A stretch of DNA of 64,000 bases from Euglena gracilis. Its lineage: Eukaryota. The notes under the pieces are model-generated. The model did no database searches and was not told where the DNA came from. It saw nothing but the letters and a program-made list of their open reading frames with translations. The number at the start of each line of letters is the position of its first letter. Positions within the stretch are counted from its first letter, which is position 1. Shown here piece after piece: positions 49,801 through 60,658 of the stretch. Both the position numbers and the translations under genes were made by a program. Where the stretch lies: NCBI GenBank assembly GCA_039621445.1, contig CP154954.1, positions 46,417,847 to 46,481,846 of the forward strand, read 5' to 3'.

Positions 49801-52800
49801 TACATACATTGTCTGAACGGCGTTCATCACCACTTGCAGATTGGTCGCTTTCTTGTTGTTCAGTTGCTTCTGACCAAACACCTGTGATGGATTCCAAATT
49901 TTAGTCCGCTGTCGGACTTGCTGCTCCACACTCACTGTGGAAAGCCTTTCATTAGGGGGGGGGTGTCTGAAATTTGGAGAAGTAGGTGCCAGCCCAGGGG
50001 TGTCTTATATATGGGGGGTGTCTTATATTTGGGGGGGTTAGTATATTACGCGAAAGATTATATCATGTTTGGTTGGCTGCGGCCGGCCAGCCATGGCCGA
50101 CCGCATGCAACCAAGCAATTTCATCTCAACTCACTGGTTTGATTTTTGATCGGCTGGCCTTGGCCGGCCCTTTTCCCAAACAGCAGATCGTCACATCTCT
50201 CACATCTCGCTTCGGCTGCAGCTGGTTGCACTCAGCCACAGCTCCAATCAGTTATTGGAAAAAATCAAAAATTGATGACGGTGTTTGAAGAAAGCAGTGT
50301 GAATTGTAAAACAGGGTCTATCTGCCAGATGACTCCCCAAGGCCACCGAGTCATCCAAAGGGCCCAATAAAAAGAATTCAAGCCCGTGCAACGCTTTATC
50401 CCATGGTACCTGGCTTTCTGGTACCTTCTCGGCTGGCAAAAGTTACGCCCTAAATCCGCAGCCTCGTTTTTTTTGACGCGTTTTCTGCCAGTTTCAGCCC
50501 GTTTGGGCCAAAATTTTTTTCATAATACCTTGAAAATGAAAAAACCAAACAATTGTGAAATCAAACAAAGCTCTGAGAACGCTTTATCTAACTGTATTTC
50601 GGTTTTCCTATAGCTCTTACCTCGTCCCATTTCCGGCCGTTTTTTGGGCACAAAAAATTGCCGATTGCGAAATGCCAAAATTCTCAATAATGAAGCAAAA
50701 TCAAACAAAATGGCCAGAAATCCGAATTGAAGCCCTTAAAAGGCCTTATCTAACAGTATTTTTATTTCCCCGCAACTCCCTGCCTAGCACGAGATATGGC
50801 CAATTTACGGCCCAAATCAGCGCTGCAGGCTTTTGCTTCTGCTGTTTTCTGCCATTTTGGGTTCAAAAAATTGATTTTTCCATTAAAATGGTGTCCCGGA
50901 CCCCCACCCCACCCACCCACGAGGAGTCCAGCCAGCACTTTTTTCCTGCTGGCTTGTGCCCCCCCCCCCTCCCACTGGGATCTTTAAGAAACCCCTGATT
51001 GTGGCCGTTGCGCACAGGTTACTCATTGCGCATGTGAGACATGGACATTCAAATAGCAGATGTATATGAATATATGTCCTGTGGGAGGTGGCGGATTGAA
51101 GATAATAATGAAAGGGGTTTGAGCAGCGCAGTGTCCAGAAGCTGGATTAGCGGTTTTGAAGTATTTGGGCACTTGGGAGGGAGGGGTGTCCCAATGGGCG
51201 GTGGGTCTGTCTGGTGGGTTGCAAACCAAAACCAAATGTGTCAGTATGTCCGCTTTTCTCTGCCATCGTTAATTCAATTTCATTTTTTTGTTTTCTCAAT
51301 TCCGAACGCTCACCCAAAGTTATGTGCTTCAAATCCAGGGAGAGAAAAGGGGGGGGTGACGAGCTTCTTTAAATCACGTTTTGGGTCCCCAAAAGTTTTT
51401 CCTTGGCTTCGATTTCAAGGGTTTGTTTGCGACCAAGCACCTCCGATGATGCTGGCGATGCTGATTTTCTGGACACCAGAGGTGGAGTTCCAATACTGGA
51501 GACAATGCTGGACGGTGCTGGCGGGTTTTTTTTTTTGCATATTTAGAACAATTAACCCATATTTAGGATTAATGAGCAACCATTTCCCACAATTATTTTC
51601 CCCCATTTGGCCTTGCCCATTGGGGCCATTATTTCTGTATGTGATAATTTAGGTAAATATTGGGATGATTGGGATCAATATGAACAAGTTCATGGCATTT
51701 GAGGCTGGTTTATCCCATTTTTGTAATTTGGGGTCATGTTTTTGCAATCGTTGTGGGTATTGTTGGCCATTTTGGGTCATTTTGGCCGCTTGGGGGATTT
51801 TTTGTGGTCAATTTGGCTGCTTTGGGAGCTAGTGGATGCACACGTTGAAGTGGATGCAGTGGATGCAGACGTTGTTGTCGTTGGAAGTACTGGATCTGGA
51901 ATTACTGGAGTGCACAGGGGCGTTTGTAGCCTCGAGAGCATCCACTCCAGTGTCATGCATTCTGGTGCTGCTAATTGAATGGATAGCGTTTGGTCAACAC
52001 ACAAAAAGGGGTGACACAGAGGGGTCGTATGCCAAAAAGTTTTGCTGCCTTCGGTTCCCTGCTTGATGTTCCTGGGTCTCATGATAAATGCGTGCATGTA
52101 CGTAGGAAGAGGCTCTAGAGCCTCCTCGAAAGACCTCTAACGACGTATGAGGCTTAGAGTCTTCTGGAACGACGGTCAAGGCGGATCTAGAGCCTGCTCG
52201 AGCGTCGTTCAAGGACGTTTGTGGAGGCTCTAGAGTACCCGGACCATTGGTGTGAGATGATATTCAAGTGGTTATGTTGCACATCTGCACAACGGCCACG
52301 CGGATTTATATTTCTTTTTAAATTACATGTCCATTGCATATTTTTGCAATAAAAAAAAACTAAATCTAAATTTTAAATCTTAAATCTAAAAATCCAAATT
52401 TTCAATCTAAATCAACGTGCCTTCTTTTAAAAAAAAAAGTTTGCACCTTCCAAGGGGGTGGGTGCTATGTGCAGGCAACAGGGATTTTTTTTTAAGTTTT
52501 GGACCCCTGGGGGGGGGTCCCGGCCGAGCCCCCCCCCCCCAGGTCAGGTCGAGTGGGTCCCCTGCCCACTTGACCACTGGGGTTTGCTTCTATTTTTCGG
52601 CACGAAGCGACAAGATTTTTTTTGACCCCCCACCCCCAAATGGGCCCCCAGGGGGTGGGTGGGTGGGTCCGGACCCCCCCTCCCCCCGAGTCCTTAAAAA
52701 ACCCCTAGCAGGCAGTGGGGCATTTACAACCCCGGGGGGGGGGGGGGGCGGGTTTTGGGGTGGGTTGCGCTCTACATAGCACACACACCCCGGCGATGAA

Positions 52801-55800
52801 GGGTCCGAACATGGCCATTTAAAAAAAAAATTGGCTTGGCATCGGAACCCAAACCAATCCCGGCAGGGTGGGGGCTACTATGGGCAGGCACTCCATAGCA
52901 CAAGGCTTCTCCTGTCCCAGAGGGTGCCCTGTAGGTCGTGGAGTCGTGGAGCCATTGTTCCGTCCCACGCTGGCTTGTTTGTGGGGCTTTTATTCAGCCC
53001 CCTCCCCTCCCCCACCCCCCCCCCCCGGGAGCCCGGGAGGGTGACGCAGAGCTCGTATTGCACCGCACAGACAAGAGTGGTCCTCCCCCGGGGTTGGCAA
53101 AAAGGTCTGGCGCTTCTTGCACAGATACACAACAAAAAATAAATTTAAATATGAAGGTTTGTAGCTATTGCGCAAATGCAATGTGATTTTGGGCAATGAT
53201 CACCCACATTTAGAATTTCACCTTATTAAAAACATTTTGCAAATGCACAATATTTCTAATTTTGCAATTAATGTTTTCCATTGCGCAAGGATCCCTTCAA
53301 TGGAGTCCACTCATTTCATTATCCAGCGCTTTCAGGTTCATGCGCAATGGACCTTGGGAGACCCGTACCCGCAGACCGCAAAGTTCCAAGTTGTTGCTTT
53401 CATGCCAGGCTGTGGGGGCGTCCAGACATACCAATGTGGATTTTCCTGGACCTCGCAACTCGGGATTGGGAGAGTGAAAAAAAAATTGGAGGCTGCGCAT
53501 TTGCGCAGCGCCCTAGTGATTTCCAACATCAAGTATGACTTGAGCGCTTAAGCAGCAGCCATAAACGGGTTGGACCCCACAAGGGGGACAGTGAGACCTA
53601 CCTGAGTGACGAAGTGGGACCAAGATCCACACCCAGGCTGCCACCGCCCTGCTACCCAGAGATGACCCCAGGATTCATAGTGTCCACACAGGATATCACA
53701 GGGTTGGTAGTTGGGGATAGGGTCAGGGCTTGGAATAGGGTTAGGGTAACACTAACATTTTGGGCTGAATTTGGGCAGTTTTGTGTATTTTCGGCCTGAA
53801 AAAGGTTCGAAGTCAGGCCTATATTTTTGCCTGGTTCAGTCCTAAGTTTGGTTTTAAGCCAAATCCGAACCCTAAACCCTAACCTCATCGATGACTCAAA
53901 CTTCCCAGGTTTCTGCGGGGGAAAAAACAAAATCGACGGTTTTTCCATGACCAAATAAAAAAGTGCAAGTTGACGGCTTTACAATGATGTAGCTAGTCCA
54001 ATCCCCTTGGCAGACTAGTGGGATCACCAGGGGCGATCCCACCAATTTATGGCTGCAATTTATGTGCATGGTACAACCTAACCAACCTTTTCATATGAGA
54101 ACCTGGCTGGTTTTTTTCAAAGTGGAAAGTGACCCCTCAGGATGACTGGAAATAATTGTTTGGTAGGAAGTGACGGTAGGATTTCCATAGGCACATAAAG
54201 TCTCTCGTTTTGGGGGGGGGGGGCATTTGGTTCAAAGATCAGAAAGGCCTGTCAGGGAATATGGGCTCAACCTAAAAGGAACGGTGGAGTACCCTCTGGC
54301 CCAGCCCCAGTCGCTGCGGTACTTGGCCCCCATCCCCTACATCACCCCCGCCACTCCGGAGGAGGGCCACCTTGAGGCCCTCGTCCGGTGCATCGCCGAC
54401 CGCCTTCAGGAGGAGGGCTGGCTCGACCTGGACAAGCTTTGGCCAACGGCGCAGACACTGTGCAGCGAGAAGAAACGTATCACTCACCTCGTCCGTGACA
54501 TCTTCCAGCGGGCCTTCTGCAGCTACGCCCAGGCTGTGCACGGATACCATATGTGTGGCAGCCTGGCCCCGACGCGTTCACGGCGGAGGAGGACCAGACC
54601 ATTGTCAGTGCTGTGGAATTGCAGAGTAGACCGATCGACTGGAAGACGGTCGCGGCGCTGCTGCCCCACCGTACCGCTGTAGTGGTGAAAGACCGATATA
54701 AGGTGTTGTGTCGCAGCTTGGCCAGCATGACCTATGGCAAGGCAGCGTCGTTTCCAGATGAGACGCTGTGGCGGCAGCAGCTGCTGCGGGGCTTCTTCTT
54801 CCGCCACCGCGTGCCGGTGAACCACCCATATTGGGCGGACCTGCTGGGTGCCGATGTCGGCCCTGTTATTTGCCGGCTCCCATTAACAGACGCTGATAAC
54901 GGTGCAGTCGATGAGAAGCCTCTGGTGATGATGACTGTTTCCTCCACAGGGGCTTCATTTTGTATGTTTTTTTTTCCATTTAATTTTCATTTTTATTGAA
55001 AATGCGAGCGCTTTTGTAGGTGTATTGAGGACAGCACAAACCATGAAGCTTTTCACATGGAGTTCCAGTTCAGCAGTCTGGTGGGTCAAAGTGGTCAAAA
55101 TGGTTCAAAAAAATTTTTTAAGGGAAGCCTGAAAATTTATGAGACAAAGCGCCGAGAATTTTTAAAAAAGTATCCTCTGATCAAAATGATAAGAGGATAT
55201 ATTTGCAAGGGGGAGGGGGCCAGACCCCCCCCCCATGGGGGAGGGGGTCGGACCCCTTTTCGGACGGGGGGGGGGGGTACGGAACCCCCCGGAAACCCAA
55301 TAATTTTTCCGGCCCCAAAAATTTTTCCGGCGCAAAGCGCCAGAAATTTTTTTGCACAGGGGGAAGGTGGTTCCGACCCCCAGGGGTGGGTTAGGGGGTT
55401 TGCCAATCCAAGAAAAAATAGCCAGCTTTATTTTATGGCAGGGATATTTTTTGTACAATTTTCTTGTACAAGGGGATTTTTTCCCCAAAGGGGCAATTTT
55501 CTCCATGTAATTTTTCACTCATTCTTCAGATTTGTCAGTCTTGTTTCATTCTTTTTGATTCAGAGATTTTTTCTTTTCTTTTCTTCATTCGATGGATACG
55601 CAAAAATGCTCAAATTAGTCTTTTTCCCCCATGTTTTCACGTTTTTATCTTTAGAGAAAGGCTCCTCCCAGGAGAGTCGATTTCACACCAGCAACCTTTT
55701 GGCATACAGATGACAGTGGGCGTATCCTTCTTTGAGCCTGGCAAGGAAGCCCCCACCCAACGTGAAGCTGGAAGAAGACGCTGTGCACAAAACCGTCCGC

Positions 55801-58797
55801 ACTGCCCGCCGCGTGAGTGGTGACCGGAAGGGCAAGCGCAAGGCCAGGGTGGGTTGGGGGGCAGCTTTGGAGCGTCACATTCGCACCTTGCATCGTTGGG
55901 CTTTTGCCCACGTGGCAGTGTCAGTTTGCCTCCCGCAGGCCAACAGGCACAAGGATTTCTGCAGTTTTCATTCTAACCCCGATTCTCAGCATATCATATT
56001 TCGCATTTGAATGTGATCTCTATCATACCATTGCTTAACAACTGTCCCACCCCTGGGGGGGATTGACTGGTTTTCTGGCCAAGACCCCCCCTCCAGGGGG
56101 TGGAGTAGGCCCGAAAATGAAAAAGTGACTGGCCTGTGCCGAAGGATTTTTTGGTGTTTTTTTCTTAGACTGTTTGGCAAAAATGTTCACTGCCTCCTCC
56201 TCATTCAAAACTCTTTCACCCAGGCATTATCTCTTCACAACGAGGGACAAGTACGCCTGTGAGTGTGGGATGTTCATCCTAAACACAAAGAATGGAATTT
56301 GAAGTCACTTGCAAGGCGAGTCACGCAAAAATACCACGAAGGCAAACAATTCCAAACGGCTTCCGTGAAGGTTCCCTTTGCTTTTTGTAAGGATTTTGCC
56401 TTTTGAGACATTTGTGGTTCTGAGAGATGTTTCTGATTCAAGCAATGCAGCAACAGGAAGCAAAATGGCATCTGGAAGCGCTTTGTGCCTTGCCAACATA
56501 AGCGCATTCGAGAGTGGCCGATCCCCCCCCCCCCCGGGAAAAAGTGATTGACTGGTTTTTCCAGAGTAGAAAGTGACCCCCCTCCCCCCCCCCCTGGGGG
56601 TCGCCAAGCAGTGGTATGATCTTCATTCCTTCCAGAAAGGTACAGTGTCCAAATAAGCACCCTAATCCCTGGAAGTTTGAAGATGTGTTTGTAATGTAAT
56701 TCCCGAATAATTTAATTCCCGAATTATTATTGAAAAGTTTGCCAACGTTTGCGTTGTTAAGGCAAAAGTGGCACCTGAAACAATTGTGCTTTTGCGCAGG
56801 GGGGGGGAAATGCAACTTGCATACTTTGCATTTTTTTGCATAATCGGCTTTTCCCGAAATTTGCATTTTTTTGCATTTTTTTGCATTTTTTTGCATAAAA
56901 TATTTTGCCCTGGAAAAAATTTTTTGTAGTTGGTTGCCATATGTTTGGATTTTTTTGCATTTTTTTGCATTTTTTTGCATAAAATATTTTGCCCTGGATT
57001 TTTTTTTCAATTTTAGGCAGCAAAGCTCTGTTATATTCCAGCTTTTTCTCAGGTTTTTCATGCAAGTTGCATTTTTTTTTGCATTTTTTTGCATTTTTTT
57101 GCATTTTTTTGACTTGCATAATTTGAAGGGCCAAGTTGCATTTCCCCCCCCCCCTGTTTTGCGGAATTTTTCGGGCCTACCTACCGCCTTTGGAGACTTT
57201 CAACGCCGCTTCAACCACAAATCCCAGCATGGGAGCACTCAAATTCACCGTAATTGATTGCACAATCAGTTGCAAATGGATGTGAACAAAATCGAATCTG
57301 CGTTTGCAGAATTGTGTGCCCGGTGCACGGGTGTTCAGAAATCAATGTTTGCCTGGTTGTACAATGATATAAGGCCTGGTTAGTTGCACATTTGAAGGCT
57401 CACTGGTTTTTGGAGGGCAATTGTTGCTCTTTCTGGGCTCATCCCCCTCGATTCCCATCATTTTTGGTTTTTAAGCGCTAACCTTGGACAACTTCGCATT
57501 GTGCCAGCTTCCAGTGCACTCATCTTTCATGGTGCCCCAAACTTTGGAACAATTTGTGTTATTTTGCAACTTCCGTCGATAGAAGGCCATCAACCAGGAG
57601 GCCAAGGAGTAAGACAAATCACTTTAATTGCCCAGAGAAGAGAAAAGGCAATAGTTTCCTCCTGCAAAAAACCTCTGCAAAATGGCTTCTGCACCCTGCT
57701 GGTTGGATAAGCAAGCTTGTTTTGAGTCGATTGAGGGTGCGCAGGCAATGCTGTTCTTAAAATCCCATCCTCTCCATCTGCCCTTCGTATATTCTCTTTT
57801 TTTGCATCACACCCAAACACGGCATTCCTCACACGTTTGGGACACACATATGGAACCTCCGGATCCCTGCCACGCTGCCACGCCAGGCTTCAGTTGGCGG
57901 TTGCAGAGTCCCGCCTGCCACCCCTCGGGGGGAAGTCCCCCACCCACCCTGCGAGCGGTGCCGCCCCCCGCCCCCAGCCCCGAGCCGGAGGAGAGCCCCA
58001 CACCCTCCAGTGTGAGGGAGCCGGCGGGGCGACAGCCGGAGGAGGAGGAGGAAGGGGGCGTGGAGGAGTGGCGGCGGCTGCTGGCGGAGTACGAGGCGGC
58101 GGAGGAAGCCCGGCAGTCACGTATGCATGAGTGTGTTGTGAGGAATCAGCTGGATGTGTTACCCCAAACGCAACGCCACTGCTCGGCAGGTTTGAAAGGT
58201 CATTGCAGTCTGGTGATATCTCATGCGGGGGTTGAACACAATTTGGCATAACAAATTTGAGCGGGAATGCAGTGATATTTTTGGAGGGTTTGCTCAATGT
58301 ATTTTTTCCAATATGCAACTATTTTCGATGCTTTCTCAGGCTTTTATTTATCAGAGCCAGGGGTTATTTTAGTTGTGGACCCCCAGAAGGGGAGGGAGGG
58401 TAGGGTGCATGGGTCCGGCCGCCCCCCCCCCCTGGGGGGTTCCCCCAGGGGCCGGTGGTATGCTTTTCGGCGCGAAAGCTGAAATTTTTTGAAAATGGTG
58501 CTATTTTTGGCATTTTCGCGATTTTGGCCATTTTCGGGGAAATGGAGTGGGTCCCCCCGGGACCCCCCCCCAGAGGGACCCCCCAGGAGGTGGGTGGGTG
58601 GGGGCCCCCCTCCCCCCCCCAGTTTTAAAAAAAACCCTGATGAGAGCACCAATTGCTTGAGGGTGTTTCAGGATTCTGGCTTTTTTTTTGCTGCAGAATT
58701 TTTCATTGCACAATTTCAAAGCATGAAGCCCCCCCCCTCGTATGAGGAATTACATGAAGTTCAGGAAGGTGAAGAATTGTGGATGAAGTGGTCTGAG
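46863..58797 (+). CDS. Multi-exon gene encoding a Myb/SANT-domain protein (3' end unresolved)
   Basis: Exons 46863-47313, 54257-54526, 54571-54924, 55717-55848, 57907-58120, 58340-58354, 58645-58662, 58697-58797 join in frame. FTAEEDQTIVSAVELQSRPIDWKTVAALLPHRTAVVVKDRYKVL (54577-54710) fits the Myb repeat pattern. Confidence 0.75.
47973..49614. mobile_element. TA-flanked pogo-like MITE interrupted by a Helitron
   Basis: taaacccc..cactta / tataagtaggggggttta ends; repeated cact(t)ataaaccc motif. Confidence 0.65.
48027..49275 (-). mobile_element. Solo non-autonomous Helitron, same family as the last array unit
   Basis: Minus strand reads ggtttA|TCgctgagctctta...aagagctcag...aaacCTGG|Taagtg: TC start, CTRR end, A|T target, no duplication. 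The empty site rebuilds the host motif cacttataaacccc. Colinear with 14109-16876 but with few 163-bp repeats. Confidence 0.85.
49613..50040. mobile_element. TA-flanked pogo-like MITE (GTGTCTTATATT motifs)
   Basis: taaaccccccccc aaatatgagacacc / ggtgtcttatatttgggggggtta; shares its left TA with the previous MITE. Confidence 0.75.
51001..52299. mobile_element. TIR element with GTGGCCGTTG ends, unclassified
   Basis: gtggccgttgcgcaca / tctgcacaacggccac inverted ends; duplication unclear. Confidence 0.55.
52479..52707. mobile_element. hAT-like MITE
   Basis: cagggattttt...aaaaaccccta; duplication gcaggcaa/gcaggcag. Confidence 0.8.
54527..54570 (+). other. 44-nt non-conventional hairpin intron
   Basis: TAC|gcc CAGGCTG tgcacggataccatatgtgtgg CAGCCTG gcccc|GAC; removal repairs the frameshift between ORFs 54227 and 54553. 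Confidence 0.85.
56797..57156. mobile_element. hAT-like MITE with TTTTTGCA internal repeats
   Basis: TIR cag(g)n-aaatgcaacttg / caagttgcattt-(c)n-tg; ttttgcg duplicated on both flanks. Confidence 0.85.
58358..58639. mobile_element. hAT-like MITE inside a coding exon; predicted non-conventional intron 58355-58644
   Basis: cagggg...ccctg; duplication atcagagc/atgagagc; homologous to 36529-36871. Excision by the N3/N5 rule gives RQSR-FYLS|EHQLLE in frame. Confidence 0.75.
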
Positions 58798-58804
58798 GTT
58801 CGTG

Positions 58805-59190
58805 TAACCCTTGGACCCGAACCGACCGACACCCAAAGTTAAGCAACCCCCAAATTTCAGCAACCCCCGGGACCAATGAAAGTTCCGAATTTAAGTAACC
58901 CTGATATTGAGGGGAAAGAAGGGAAAATGCAGGCAAATATGAAAGTGAAGCAAGGATACATCTCGTAAAGGTTTTGCAGGCCCCTCCCTGCTAGCCCTGT
59001 TAGGCAGCCTCTTTTTGCCTCCTCAGAAGAGACAGTTTTTTTCTGTTGACCATTTAGTCCGAATTTAAGCAACCCCTCGGTGTGTCTTGTGAAACCCAGG
59101 TTTCAGCAACCCCAAATTTAAGCAACCCCTTGGGCGGATCGACTGAAATCCAAATTTAAGCAACGAGTTGCTTAAATTGGGGGGGGGGTA
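58805..59190. mobile_element. Probable pogo-like MITE (TAAGCAAC motifs)
   Basis: Repeated aatttaagcaaccc; right end gttgcttaaattgggggggggg-TA; left end less clear. Confidence 0.5.
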
Positions 59191-59191
59191 C

Positions 59192-60188
59192 CAGACATTC
59201 ATTTAGTGTGGTACACCGAGGTAGTCATTTTGTGGTTCACTGTGGACACCAAAAAATTTTTTCGTGGTTCACGTATGGACACCAAAAATTTTTTTGTGGT
59301 TCACCTCTGGGCAACAAAAAAAAGTTTGTGGTTCACATGTTTGCTGCGGCAAAAACTCGTTTGTGTGCCGCGTGCACCGCGTAAAAAATTTTGTGCCGTG
59401 GCAAACTTCGCCATGGCGCACTGAGTGAAAGTCTGAATCCAATGTTGTGGCGCCATGAATCTTTTTTTTAACAAGAGGGATTTGACGGTTGGGGGACGTT
59501 TCCATTCATCACCGTGGATGCATAGCACGAATGGCGATTCCCCAAGGAGTTCGGCATTTGATTGAGGAGGCCAAAAAATGATTGGGTCCACATCCTCCAC
59601 CGTGAAATTGGCCGTGATTCCTCAGACGCCGGTTCGGGTGTGAACCTGGAGTCCCCTAGAAACGATTTCAAAAACTGTGTCCCAGGCACTGGCTTCACGC
59701 CCGAACCGGCGTCTGGGACAGAGTTCTCAATATAGTAGTGGTGGACTAACCCGAGCCCTCTCAATTGACCCTAGGGTATGGGTGCAACACACCCCAGCCC
59801 TAACCCTAGCAGGGGGGGCATTGGCACACGTACCATCCAGTGCGCGTTCATGCGTTGTACGTACGCCTCAAGGGGGGACGTCAGGTTGTCCGGCTGGGAG
59901 CAACCCTACATGTAATGGGGCTCTGCATGTGCGGTATGAGGGAGTGGCGACCCTCCTCCAACCACAGCGGTGGGAAGTGATTCCCTGCCACGCTTTACGG
60001 ATTGAGCCGAGGTTAAGGTCCACAATGTGGCTGAGGTGTCTACACATCAATCAAAAAAATTTGTGGACACCGAATATTTTTTTGTGGTTCACCTGTGGAC
60101 ATCAAAAAATTTTTGTGGTTCACCTGTGGACACCAAAAAAAAATTGTGGTTCACACGTCTTTTGTGAACCACACTAAATGAATGTCTG
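59192..60188. mobile_element. hAT-like non-autonomous element
   Basis: Perfect 21-bp TIR cagacattcatttagtgtggt / accacactaaatgaatgtctg; duplication gggggtac/gggggtag; subterminal tgtggttcac repeats. Confidence 0.9.
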
Positions 60189-60193
60189 GGGGG

Positions 60194-60378
60194 TAGCTCC
60201 CCCCCCCCTTGTCATTGACACGGCGTGTCGTTGACACACCCCCCGTGTCAACGACACTTTTCTGGAACATTACCTATTGAATCACAGTGACATTGACATG
60301 GCGTGTCGTTGACACACCCCCCGTGTCAACGTCACTCTCCTGGAACATTGGCGTGTCAACGACAAGGGGGGGGGGGTA
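60194..60378. mobile_element. TA-flanked pogo-like MITE (GTCGTTGACAC motifs)
   Basis: (c)n-ttgtcattgacacg / cgtgtcaacgacaa-(g)n-TA. Confidence 0.75.
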
Positions 60379-60658
60379 GTGACTGACTGGTTTTCTAGAA
60401 AATAAAATGTGGCTGGTTTCTGGAAGAGTGGAAGTCAGCCCCCCCAGAAAGAATTGTATGGGTGTGTCCCCCACATGTGCAGATGCGCATGATTGTGCCG
60501 TGTGATGTGAATGTGTCGTTCCGGGCTGCATTTTTCAGTCATGGACGGGGTTTGTTTCTTCGTTGCAATCTTTTGCTAAGTGCACATGGGCTGTCTAAGG
60601 TTTTTAATATTGACATTTGCCTTGGGCCTTTTCTTGGCCAAACTTCATCCTATTGCCA

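Larger units (their letters stand above)
47314..54256 (+). other. 6.9-kb non-conventional intron
   Basis: CGC|gac CAGtgctttctg ... cagaaaggcCTG tcagg|GAA: N3-CAG / CTG-N5, 10 of 12 complementary terminal bases, phase-0 in-frame join, no GT donor. Confidence 0.75.

Noticed and set aside
54545-54560. Programmed frameshift or pseudogene lesion in the Myb gene
   Set aside because: A 44-nt hairpin intron in the exact consensus register explains the shift more simply.
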